Shown piece after piece: positions 42,533 to 51,982 of a DNA stretch of 64,000 bases (the stretch's first letter is position 1; each line of letters opens with the position of its first letter). Source of the stretch: a virus; the IMG/VR virus record IMGVR_UViG_3300035183_000460, positions 32,001 to 96,000 of that record. One strand, 5' to 3'. The translations under genes were made by a program, and so were the position numbers. Under the pieces are notes generated by a model. That model searched no databases, was not told the origin of the DNA, and saw only the letters and a program-made list of their open reading frames with translations.

Positions 42533-43729
42533 ATGAAAAATATAGTTCAATTAATAAAAAAAATAGCAAAAGACGATGATTTAGATGTTCCTTTAAATCC
42601 AAACATTTCTAAACCATCATCCGTGTCAAAAGACGATGATTTAGATGTTCCTTTAAATCCAAACATTTCTAAACCATCATCTGTGTCAAAAGACAATAAT
42701 GTAAGTGTCCCTTCTGATACAACTGCACAAAAATCTAAATATGTGTTAGCCAGATCTCCTCTCATTAAAGAAATGCAAGAAAAAATGCAAAAATTGGCTG
42801 ACATTATTTCTGAACAAATTGATTTCGATTCATTATTTCAAGGTATACTGTATCCTCAAGCAGCAAATCTTCAAAATATCAGTAAATCATTAGGTCGTAC
42901 ATCATTTAGTAATTTTATGGTTTTATCATATTTAAGAGATTCTGCTGTAAAAGGTGTTGAATTTGATCCTGATCCTAAGAAATCAAAATTAAGTCAAAAA
43001 ATGCCATCAGATTTAAAAAATATGTATGTTGTTTTAGATTCAATTAAAAGATTAGGTTCAGAAAGTAATGAATTTGCTGTGGATGGTATATGGGGTCCAA
43101 GAACTAATAATTCTTTGAGAAATATTGTTGCAATTGCAGATGCTATTTTAAGAATTAGTGATGATTTAGGTTTTAAAGTAAAATCATTTAATTCATTACA
43201 ATTAAAAGATTTGCAATCAATGATTCCTTTAACTGATAAAGATATTTCATTACAAGAAAAAAATATACGCGCACCATTTATTTCTAAATATTTAGATGAT
43301 TTGATTTCTTTATTTAAAGAATTTAATGAAGAAATATTGAATAGTCCATATAATAAACAACAAATAGAGGGCGCTAGTTTTATAACATACAAAAAAAGTA
43401 AAACTAAAGATGTTCCAGATATGAGTGATGATGAGAAAAATATTTATTTAGATTTGGTAAAAAATAAAAATCAAAGTTTTTATGTACAGCCAGATCAAGC
43501 AAAATTTAAAATAAATTTGGGTAGTGGTACACCATTTATAATTACAGCCGCTGATTTACTAAATGCACAATCTTTAGACAATTGGGCAAGTCGTAATTCA
43601 TATACTAATGAATGGCGTAAAAATCCTGAACACTGGAAAATTGTAGTTGATCAAATAATAAAGCAGGTTAAACAACAAATAAATCAACAACTTTCATTAA
43701 CGAGAGTACCAGAACCAAAAGGAATATAA
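42533..43729 (+). CDS. Virion protein with PG-binding-like motif
   Basis: VDGIWGPRTNNSL (DG..GP.T..L); 20-aa duplication right after KKIAK. Confidence 0.55.
   Translation: MKNIVQLIKKIAKDDDLDVPLNPNISKPSSVSKDDDLDVPLNPNISKPSSVSKDNNVSVPSDTTAQKSKYVLARSPLIKEMQEKMQKLADIISEQIDFDSLFQGILYPQAANLQNISKSLGRTSFSNFMVLSYLRDSAVKGVEFDPDPKKSKLSQKMPSDLKNMYVVLDSIKRLGSESNEFAVDGIWGPRTNNSLRNIVAIADAILRISDDLGFKVKSFNSLQLKDLQSMIPLTDKDISLQEKNIRAPFISKYLDDLISLFKEFNEEILNSPYNKQQIEGASFITYKKSKTKDVPDMSDDEKNIYLDLVKNKNQSFYVQPDQAKFKINLGSGTPFIITAADLLNAQSLDNWASRNSYTNEWRKNPEHWKIVVDQIIKQVKQQINQQLSLTRVPEPKGI
42567..42694 (+). repeat. 60-bp near-perfect tandem duplication
   Basis: Two copies with 1 mismatch, plus an 8-bp third start. 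Confidence 0.92.
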
Positions 43730-43735
43730 AATATT

Positions 43736-45262
43736 ATGAGTTTTATATATAATGATAAAAACTTAATACTTACTTTAATTAAAAGTGGTATTGATTTTGA
43801 GAATAAATATGTTCGAAAAAATGCGCAAACTTTACCTTTGGATCCAAATGCAGATCCAAGTGTTAAAAATTATTTATTATTAACTCGTAAACTAGTTGAT
43901 CAATTAGAGCAAAATTTTTATAATAAAGATAAAGGTCAAAATGTTCCTGCAGAAATTTCAACAGAATTAGATGTGTCATCACCATTAAATGTTTCCAGTT
44001 TAAGTTCTTTTGGAAATTTTTTGCAATATCTAGAACAAAATAAAATATTAGTTAATGGCAACCGTGTTGTATATTTTGGAGAAAATCCAGATCCTAAATC
44101 ATATTTGCCAGTTTCTGGTGAACTTGATAATATGATGGAAACTGGTAAACGAGAATCTATAAAACAAGAATATTTTGTTAATATAAAATTACTTCAAGAT
44201 TATTTACTTTCATTACAAAAATTAGCTCAAGATACAAAAGATAAAGTGTTAGAGATAATGGTAGGTAAGAGAGTTGAAGATGTTAATAAGATTTTTAGAA
44301 TGAGTTTACCTAAAAAATATCAAGAACCAGAATATGTATTATCTCAAGAAGAAACATTAACCACATTTCCACGTACTATTGATTATAGTAATTATACTGC
44401 TGATGGATCAATTCAATTATTATACAAAGATATTGCTGACGCTAATTCTTTTAGGTCATGGGCTTTTTCTAATAAAATACAACTTAAGATACCTGGATAT
44501 GATAAAGAATTTAATGTAACTGATGCCGATTTTGATTTCTGTAATTTAATTAAGGTTGTATACTTAAAGGCGCGTTGGTTATTAAGTAGATCAATATCTA
44601 AAGATCAAGAAAGAAAATATAATATTTTTGTAAAACAAATAGAAATGGTTAGTAAAGGAATTAGTGGTCCTAATGGAGAAGCTTGCTCATTAACTTCATA
44701 TGAATATGATAATAAATCAAAAAGTACTAATAAATCAAAAAGTCCTAATGTAACAGATCGTAGTGAAGTTGAAAAATCTGATGTAGATTATAATAGGGCA
44801 AAAATAATTAATTCAATGAAAAATATGTTTCCTTATAAGGAAGGTGAAATAGATTTTGATAGAATAACTAGATTTGTTGATAAATATTCACAAATAGAAC
44901 CAAGCATTTCTTCATTTGCAAATACTGTTAAACAGCAAATTAAAAAAGCGAAAAGTATGCTTGGTGAGGCAGCAACAGGACAGTTTCTTAATGAAGAGGT
45001 TGATGATATTCAAAAGAAATTAGAACATCCAGAAAGAATTGCCGAATATTTATTGACATTGCAATATATAATTGAAACTGTTGCTAAAATAATGATGGTT
45101 TTCAAATCTAAAGATTTTGATTATATGGATGATCACACAAAAGATGAATTTATAAAACAAGTTGGTAGCGATGCCAATGATGCGTCTGCACTTCGTTACA
45201 ATAATGCTTTGGTTATTAAAAACTGGCAAAGTAATTTACATAGAGTTCTTAGAAATAATTAG
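43736..45262 (+). CDS. Putative internal head protein
   Basis: VRKNAQ at ~aa 30. Confidence 0.65.
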   Translation: MSFIYNDKNLILTLIKSGIDFENKYVRKNAQTLPLDPNADPSVKNYLLLTRKLVDQLEQNFYNKDKGQNVPAEISTELDVSSPLNVSSLSSFGNFLQYLEQNKILVNGNRVVYFGENPDPKSYLPVSGELDNMMETGKRESIKQEYFVNIKLLQDYLLSLQKLAQDTKDKVLEIMVGKRVEDVNKIFRMSLPKKYQEPEYVLSQEETLTTFPRTIDYSNYTADGSIQLLYKDIADANSFRSWAFSNKIQLKIPGYDKEFNVTDADFDFCNLIKVVYLKARWLLSRSISKDQERKYNIFVKQIEMVSKGISGPNGEACSLTSYEYDNKSKSTNKSKSPNVTDRSEVEKSDVDYNRAKIINSMKNMFPYKEGEIDFDRITRFVDKYSQIEPSISSFANTVKQQIKKAKSMLGEAATGQFLNEEVDDIQKKLEHPERIAEYLLTLQYIIETVAKIMMVFKSKDFDYMDDHTKDEFIKQVGSDANDASALRYNNALVIKNWQSNLHRVLRNN

Positions 45263-45280
45263 AATTTTTAGAAGGATATA

Positions 45281-46351
45281 ATGTTGTATAAAAAGAATAG
45301 AGCAATAAATCTTTATGTTGATGCATTGATAATTCAAGCAGCTTTTGGTGATGAAGTTATTACTAAAAAAGCTGAAGGAGAATTTGTTGCATCGCTTATT
45401 TCTTCTGTTAAAGATTATGTTGATGCACACATAGATCCAAATGATAAAGTTGGTAGTGTAGTTAATTTATTGGCTCCTGGAGCGTTTTCTACATTAGTTA
45501 GTTCATTATTTCCTAGTTTGAAATGGCTGTCATTTATTTTTGGTTTAGCAATGCGTATATTCAATATTGATGTTGCTAGTATATTAAAAAATATTTCTTC
45601 AGACATAAAATCGTTAATTTCTGGAGGTAAAGAAATCTCCTCAGATCATGTAGATAATATTGTTACATCGCACTTTAGTGCAGTTCCACCAGCTACACAA
45701 GAAGATGCAGAGCGGTTTTTAAAATCTTCTCATATACGAATTAGAGAGGCAAAATTAATTAAATTAGCACTTATTAATATAAATGATCAATTAATTAAAA
45801 ATTCAAAATCTGATAATACTGCCTCTTCATTTATTCTTGGTAAACGCAACACTGTTAACTTATTAGCTAAAGCTATAGGATGGATCATAAAAATTATTTT
45901 AGCTTCTGCAGGTTTAATGGTTGCGGGTGATGCAGCAAATGCTTTACTAGGAAAACCTAGCGCATTTACAGGTACACTACAACATGGTAAACCTATTGAT
46001 GCTACCAAATCTAAACAAACTAGGTTTAAAGTTAATACATCATATTCTGATATTGCTAAAAATACTAACTCATCTGTATGGGTAGAGAATGTTAGCCCAT
46101 CACGTAATAATATTATAAATTTAGTTCTTGATTTTATGGAAGAGGTCTATCCAGAAACTAAAGATTTTAACAATGAGGCAATGTCAACTCCAGGATTTCA
46201 GGTAATAGTAGATGAAATTTTAGATTATAATGAAGCTAATCAAAATAGACAAATGACATATATACCAAAAGCTTTTGATACAAAAAAAAGACTTGTAGAT
46301 ATGTTTATTGATCAAGTGGCAGAAAAAGCTGGAAATATGCAAAAATCTTAA
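45281..46351 (+). CDS. Putative internal/ejection protein with hydrophobic helices
   Basis: TKKAE at ~aa 30; WLSFIFGLAM and IGWIIKIILASAGLMVAG segments. Confidence 0.6.
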   Translation: MLYKKNRAINLYVDALIIQAAFGDEVITKKAEGEFVASLISSVKDYVDAHIDPNDKVGSVVNLLAPGAFSTLVSSLFPSLKWLSFIFGLAMRIFNIDVASILKNISSDIKSLISGGKEISSDHVDNIVTSHFSAVPPATQEDAERFLKSSHIRIREAKLIKLALININDQLIKNSKSDNTASSFILGKRNTVNLLAKAIGWIIKIILASAGLMVAGDAANALLGKPSAFTGTLQHGKPIDATKSKQTRFKVNTSYSDIAKNTNSSVWVENVSPSRNNIINLVLDFMEEVYPETKDFNNEAMSTPGFQVIVDEILDYNEANQNRQMTYIPKAFDTKKRLVDMFIDQVAEKAGNMQKS

Positions 46352-46387
46352 ATGAATGAATATAATGTCATATTAATAAGGTGAACA

Positions 46388-47656
46388 ATGTCAAATAGTG
46401 AGATTTTTGATAAATATGCAGAACGTGCTATAGAAAATGGTCTTATTTCTAGGGCAGATACAAAAGAAAAATTAGAAAGTGGAGCTGGTGTTGATTCATT
46501 AGATATTTCAGCTATTGAATCTCTTTATGGTATTAAACCAAATCTTCCTAAAAACATGCAATATAAAAAAAATATAGTTGAAGATGCTCATCCAAATGCG
46601 GTAATAGTATCTCCTTCCTATGATAAATTAAATGGATTGGTTGAAAATATTAATGAGCGTCAAAATATTATATTAAATATTGTTAATAAGCCTGCTGATG
46701 GACATCATACACAGCATAAATATGCAAATGACTTAATATTATCTTTAGTTAGAGTAGCTAATTATATGGATAATATTGATAATAATGAATTAATGATACT
46801 CGCAGATAAATGTATTGAACAATTAAATATGAAAAAGACCATTGCATCCCCATTGGGATGGGCTGCTGGGGTTGCCGCAGTGGCAGTTATTGGAGGACTA
46901 ATTTATTGGTCTCAACATACTGATGAGATAAATAAGGGTTTTGTACAAAATGCAGAAAATCTAATTAAACAATTAGAAGATTTAATTACTTCTGGTACTG
47001 GATCTTTGTCTACTAGAACAGAATATCGTGATGAATTTAAAAATCAATTGAAAGATGTACAAAATAAGATAAAAGAAGTTTTACAATCTTACGATAAGAT
47101 TAATGAAATTATTGATGAAATTGAAGCTCCAAAAGCTGCTACTTCTTTATATAATCAATTGCAAGCAGCCAAACAAATATCTAATAAACCATCATATATT
47201 GATATTTATAATAAATTTAAAGTTCAGGTTCAAGATTTAGAGCCTATGCTAATTAGTTTAGAGAAGAATTTTAAGAATGAATCATATAAGCGTCGTCAAG
47301 TTAAAAAAGATGAAAGTGTTTGGTCAAAAATAAATGATATGTTTGGCGGAATATTCTATGGTGGTAAAGGACTTATTGCAGATGAATTTGATGATGTCGT
47401 TCATGCAATTCCACCGTTTAGAAAATCAATAGAAGAAATTCAAGAAATTATTCAACATGCACAACAAGCTGAGAAAACGGCTATAAATAAATATAAAGAT
47501 TCTTTGCTTCAAATGCAGAAATACGAATTAAAACCTGAAACATCATCATCTTCTCAAAATAAAAATGATGAATTTAAATTAACTAATCTTCCTTCAAACG
47601 TAGAAGATTTAATAAAGTATATGAAAACTATGGAAGATTATGATAATAAGTTATAA
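46388..47656 (+). CDS. Putative internal/ejection protein with TM-like helix
   Basis: AHP..VE module; LGWAAGVAAVAVIGGLIYW. Confidence 0.6.
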   Translation: MSNSEIFDKYAERAIENGLISRADTKEKLESGAGVDSLDISAIESLYGIKPNLPKNMQYKKNIVEDAHPNAVIVSPSYDKLNGLVENINERQNIILNIVNKPADGHHTQHKYANDLILSLVRVANYMDNIDNNELMILADKCIEQLNMKKTIASPLGWAAGVAAVAVIGGLIYWSQHTDEINKGFVQNAENLIKQLEDLITSGTGSLSTRTEYRDEFKNQLKDVQNKIKEVLQSYDKINEIIDEIEAPKAATSLYNQLQAAKQISNKPSYIDIYNKFKVQVQDLEPMLISLEKNFKNESYKRRQVKKDESVWSKINDMFGGIFYGGKGLIADEFDDVVHAIPPFRKSIEEIQEIIQHAQQAEKTAINKYKDSLLQMQKYELKPETSSSSQNKNDEFKLTNLPSNVEDLIKYMKTMEDYDNKL

Positions 47657-47797
47657 AATTTTAATGTAATATATCAATAATGTGATATTTTGTTGTATCC
47701 AATAATTAAAATTATTGGTAGTTCACATATTTTAGTAAGTTTTGGTGTAAGTCTGCCGTAATCTATTCGGCATTTTAACATTTAAAAGGAAAAACAA

Positions 47798-48481
47798 ATG
47801 GCTTTAAGATTATTACAACCAGGTACACAACCACTTGGTCAATTTGATGGTTATGATGCAGATTTAACAGTCACCGGTCTGAAAGGTGGTGAAGTTGTTA
47901 CTTTAGTTGGTTATCCTTTAACAGGTACTGATAAAGCAGCATCTGATGTTTTTGACGGTTATACTAACACGGGCTCACAAGAGAAGCGTGTTGTTGTTAC
48001 AAAGAACCTTCCAGTTGGCGCAAAATTATTAATGTTAGCTGATGAAGGTACATCTGACTATGGAACAATACTTGGTTATGTAGTCGGTGGAACTGCCGGA
48101 CAATCAGTTTCTGGTGGTGCCGTTCTAGGACCTCATACTGCAACTGGTTCTGGCAAAGTTACTTGCTGGGATAAGCCAGGTCTATATGCTGTATCTCTAG
48201 ATGCATGTGATACAAACGCATCTACCGGTTTGCAACCAACAAATACTACTTTAGCTTCAGGTGATTTGCTTTATGCAACATCATCTGGATTAATTACTCC
48301 AAATGCATCACTATCTTTCGCAGGTGCTGGACAAAAACCAATCGGACAATTTGTTTCTTTCGAGACAAATGGTTCTTTGGTAAATACTCCATCTAAACTT
48401 GCTCAGGCTTTAAATAGCCCAAGTGGTTCATCTGCAGTAGCAAAATCATTCAAGTGGGCAGTATTCCACTTTAATCCATAA
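47798..48481 (+). CDS. Capsid decoration/cement-like protein
   Basis: Strong SD; high-expression codon usage; GSGKVTCW, LLYATSSGLIT; nearest + strand gene upstream of MCP. Confidence 0.65.
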   Translation: MALRLLQPGTQPLGQFDGYDADLTVTGLKGGEVVTLVGYPLTGTDKAASDVFDGYTNTGSQEKRVVVTKNLPVGAKLLMLADEGTSDYGTILGYVVGGTAGQSVSGGAVLGPHTATGSGKVTCWDKPGLYAVSLDACDTNASTGLQPTNTTLASGDLLYATSSGLITPNASLSFAGAGQKPIGQFVSFETNGSLVNTPSKLAQALNSPSGSSAVAKSFKWAVFHFNP

Positions 48482-48504
48482 TATATAATAATTGAATAAA
48501 TAAA

Positions 48505-48536
48505 AAAAAAGCCGGGATTTAATTCCCGGCTTTTTT
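48505..48536. terminator. Bidirectional rho-independent terminator
   Basis: A-tract gccggga-tttaat-tcccggc T-tract between convergent genes. Confidence 0.88.
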
Positions 48537-49671
48537 ATTTTTTGTAGGTTTTAATTCTATGAATCCAACTATAAAATTCATTCATTGACAAATTTCTTTT
48601 TATAAAATTACAAGATTTACAACATGGCACTACATTATTTTTATTGTGTGGCATAGTATAATCTATACGGTTTAATAAATTATAATTAAATTTATAAATT
48701 TTATTTTTACCACGTTGAATGCAATTTGATGATTTTGAATTACAAAAATGACATGTCATTTGAGATAAATAAAAAAAGTCTTCTATTGATAAATCGCCAT
48801 CATTATAATTTGATTTATAAATAAATTTAACTAAATTTTTGAAGCGTTTATCATGTAATTTGTTTAAATTAACATCATCATTTATATGATAATGTAAATT
48901 ATTCTTAATATTTAATTTTTGAATAAATTTATAAAATTCTTCAACACTTTTTTTATTTTTTGCTCTACTACACAATAAACAACAAGATACGCAATTATCA
49001 TTAATATATGGTTTATTGTTATTTAACTTATCTAATATATTATAAATAAAAGTTCCGTTGCTAATCGAATAATTCGATCCTTTATTATGCGCATATTTAA
49101 ATAAATTAAATTTATTTGATGGTAATATACCACAGTAATAACATGGCATTTGTGATTTTTTATAAAATTCTTCAAATGTTAATAGTGGTGATTTGCTTGT
49201 TACCCCATCTGCATAACAATAATTTTGCCAAATTCTTCTTGCTGATGCTATTTCTGGTTTAAATTTTCTCCTCTTGTTTATGGCAATATTTATATTTTTT
49301 TTGTTTATTTCTTTTTTAAGACAACCACATGATTTCGTTTTTCCACTAATTAATCTATTAGATTTAATATTTTTAATTGTTCCGCATACACATTTACATT
49401 CCCATAAACTAGATCCTAAATATTTTTCAGTAACTAATCTTCCAAAAATTTGTTTTGGTTTTATTTTTAAACGCAAATGTTCTCTTAAACATCCACATGA
49501 TTTAGTTCCACCACGTGTTAAATCGATTGTTTTAGCTAATATTTTTTTACCACATTCGCATACACATATCCATGTGGTATATTTTTTATTAGTTTTGCTA
49601 ATAATTGTTTTACCTTCTGAAACTACAGTTAATCTACCAAATTTTAAATTAGATAAATTTTGTTTTTTCAT
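48535..49671 (-). CDS. HNH-like homing endonuclease (two degenerate nuclease repeats)
   Basis: Two FGRL.V..W.C.C.CG..KSCGC repeats; two C.YC...D..NN..Y..N.V.CC..CN..K units. Confidence 0.75.
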   Translation of the reverse strand: MKKQNLSNLKFGRLTVVSEGKTIISKTNKKYTTWICVCECGKKILAKTIDLTRGGTKSCGCLREHLRLKIKPKQIFGRLVTEKYLGSSLWECKCVCGTIKNIKSNRLISGKTKSCGCLKKEINKKNINIAINKRRKFKPEIASARRIWQNYCYADGVTSKSPLLTFEEFYKKSQMPCYYCGILPSNKFNLFKYAHNKGSNYSISNGTFIYNILDKLNNNKPYINDNCVSCCLLCSRAKNKKSVEEFYKFIQKLNIKNNLHYHINDDVNLNKLHDKRFKNLVKFIYKSNYNDGDLSIEDFFYLSQMTCHFCNSKSSNCIQRGKNKIYKFNYNLLNRIDYTMPHNKNNVVPCCKSCNFIKRNLSMNEFYSWIHRIKTYKK

Positions 49672-49858
49672 TAATAATCATGCATTAATATAACCCTTTC
49701 TATTTGTTTATCAAATAATATTATTTTTATATTATTTTTATGGTATTATTATTGAATAATTTTAGATGTTTCTAAACATCTATGTACTTAGATGTTTTAC
49801 ATTTGTATACAAAAGCTGGTAAGACTGGCAAATAATTCTAAACTAGGAGAATATAAAA

Positions 49859-50875
49859 ATGAGTTCAATGTTCAACAATAAAGGTGAACTTAATGCGTCA
49901 TCATTAAAAGATGCATTACAGACACTTGTAAAATATGCTTCAATTCTTGAAGAAAATCAACCATCTAATGTAGGTTTAGCTGGACAACCAGCTCTTTCTG
50001 ATGAAAAGCGCGATGAGTTAATTTCTCGTGCTATTATGACTCAGGAAGGTAAAATAGCTTTAGCTCAAGCTATGGCAAACCCAATTCGTAGAAACTTGGA
50101 TTATCATGGAATTGCTCGTAGAGCACTTGTAGTAGATCCATTACCTCAAGGCGCAATGCCAACATACGATCGTGATATCGACGTAGCTGCTGTTGTTATT
50201 TCTAGCAATGGCACTGGTCCAGAAAGCCGCGTATTCGGTGAGCGCGTTGTTGTTCCTGAATTCGAAATCTTTTCTAACCCAACTGTACGTATTGCTGAAG
50301 TTAAACGTCGTAGATTTAATGTAATTGATCGTGCAGTTCAAAAGGCTCGCCAGGAAATTATGGCTCAAGAGGATGCAAACGTTTTTGCTGCTCTTGATGC
50401 TGCAGCCAGTGTTGAAAATACACTACAAGATGTATCAGACTTTGGTATGTTGAAGAAAGATCTTATAGAAATTAAGGCTCAAGTTGATCGTTGGGACTTA
50501 GTTACAACCAAATTCTTCATGAATATCAATGAGTTTAATGATATCTTAAAGTGGGGATCTGGTGGTGGACAAGGCGTTGGTGGTGGAGAAGTTGATCCAG
50601 TTACCATGCGCGAAGTTCTACAAACTGGATTATATGCTCGTATTTGGGGCGCTGATGTAATGGTTAGCAAGATTGTTCCTCCCGGAACTGTCTATGGATG
50701 CGCAGATCCTGAATTCGTAGGTGTAATGCCAGTTCGTCAGGATATTGAAGTTCTTCCAGCCGATGAACCAAAACAGTTAAAATTAGGTTGGGTTGTGAGC
50801 GAAATAATTGGAATTGGAATCGTAAACCCACGCGGTGTTGCAGCTGGTCGTAAGAGTGTAGTAATCGGCAGCTAA
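49859..50875 (+). CDS. Major capsid protein (HK97-like fold)
   Basis: Strong SD aggag; most biased codon usage; PEFEI.S.P, A.QEI..QED, G.....WGA.V.VS..VP.G, GW..SE.IG..I.NP.GV; followed by a terminator. Confidence 0.85.
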   Translation: MSSMFNNKGELNASSLKDALQTLVKYASILEENQPSNVGLAGQPALSDEKRDELISRAIMTQEGKIALAQAMANPIRRNLDYHGIARRALVVDPLPQGAMPTYDRDIDVAAVVISSNGTGPESRVFGERVVVPEFEIFSNPTVRIAEVKRRRFNVIDRAVQKARQEIMAQEDANVFAALDAAASVENTLQDVSDFGMLKKDLIEIKAQVDRWDLVTTKFFMNINEFNDILKWGSGGGQGVGGGEVDPVTMREVLQTGLYARIWGADVMVSKIVPPGTVYGCADPEFVGVMPVRQDIEVLPADEPKQLKLGWVVSEIIGIGIVNPRGVAAGRKSVVIGS

Positions 50876-50908
50876 TTCCAATTAAACAAAATAATTGCCT
50901 AATTAAAG

Positions 50909-50935
50909 AAAAAGCCGCTTAATTAGCGGCTTTTT
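50909..50935 (+). terminator. Rho-independent terminator after MCP
   Basis: aaaaagccgct-taatt-agcggcttttt. Confidence 0.88.
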
Positions 50936-50944
50936 CATTTTTAT

Positions 50945-50985
50945 GATCTTATGCCAAGAAACCCACCAGCCTTGTGCTGGTGTAT
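50945..50985 (+). mobile_element. IS200/IS605 left-end remnant (third copy)
   Basis: After TTTAT; 40/41 identical to 8013-8053; truncated just after the hairpin. Confidence 0.8.
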
Positions 50986-51000
50986 ATATGTATATTATTG

Positions 51001-51894
51001 ATGTCATGTATTATAATAAAACCAATTAAACAAAGAAATACTAAAAATAATATTCTTATCGATTTGTACATTAATGAAATTAATAAACTTTATAATAGAG
51101 GTTTATCTCTTACAAAAATTTCAGAAAAATTTGGCATTAGTAGAAAATCTTTAACAAGATTATTTAAGAAGAATGGCGTAAGTTCTAGAAAAGGTTTTCA
51201 TTATGTAAGAAAATATAATTTAAATGAACATTATTTAGATGTAGTAAATACAGAAGAAAAAGCTTATATGCTTGGATTCATTTATGCTGATGGTAATAAT
51301 TTATTTAAATTAAATAGAATTAGTATTCACTTATCTAAGAAAGATGAGGAAATTTTAAGAAAATTTTCTCGTATATTATATAATGGAGATGAAATCATTA
51401 AATATACAAAAATTAAAAATAATAAAGGAAAAGAATTTGTTTATGCATGGCTAAATATCTATAGTAATCATATGTCTAAGCATCTTGCTTCGCTTGGTGT
51501 CATTGAAAGAAAATCTCATAAATTAGTTTTTCCAGATTGGTTGGATAAATCGCTATATCGACATTTCATAAGAGGATTGATAGACGGAGATGGATGGATT
51601 TATGTTCCAAACAGCAATAGAGATAGTCCAAATGTTGGTTTAATTTGTACTAGACAAGTTAATGATACATTAAAAAATATATTTGAAAAAGAATTAAATT
51701 TAAAATCATATATAATTAAAGCGTATAAACAAGATATTAATATTATGTGCGAAATTCGCATTAAAAATTATCATCAATGTAAAATTTTTCTTGATTGGAT
51801 ATACAATAATGCTACAATTTATCTTGAGAGAAAATACGATTTATATAAAAAATTTTTAAATATATGGGAAAATCTTAGAAAACAAAATAAATAA
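51001..51894 (+). CDS. LAGLIDADG homing endonuclease with N-terminal HTH
   Basis: EEKAYMLGFIYADG and HFIRGLIDGDG; YLERKY; the track's GTG start (50974) lies inside the IS hairpin, so ATG 51001 is preferred. Confidence 0.88.
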   Translation: MSCIIIKPIKQRNTKNNILIDLYINEINKLYNRGLSLTKISEKFGISRKSLTRLFKKNGVSSRKGFHYVRKYNLNEHYLDVVNTEEKAYMLGFIYADGNNLFKLNRISIHLSKKDEEILRKFSRILYNGDEIIKYTKIKNNKGKEFVYAWLNIYSNHMSKHLASLGVIERKSHKLVFPDWLDKSLYRHFIRGLIDGDGWIYVPNSNRDSPNVGLICTRQVNDTLKNIFEKELNLKSYIIKAYKQDINIMCEIRIKNYHQCKIFLDWIYNNATIYLERKYDLYKKFLNIWENLRKQNK

Positions 51895-51982
51895 TAATAT
51901 ATACAATATTATATTTTTAGGTAATTATTATATAAATTATAATTATTGAGTCAAAATAACTTAATAGTTATATAATATATTT

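Noticed and set aside
8008-50985. Repeated ~40-bp palindrome as a CRISPR repeat
   Set aside because: Copies are 8-35 kb apart with no spacer array, and linkage to tnpA identifies it as an IS end
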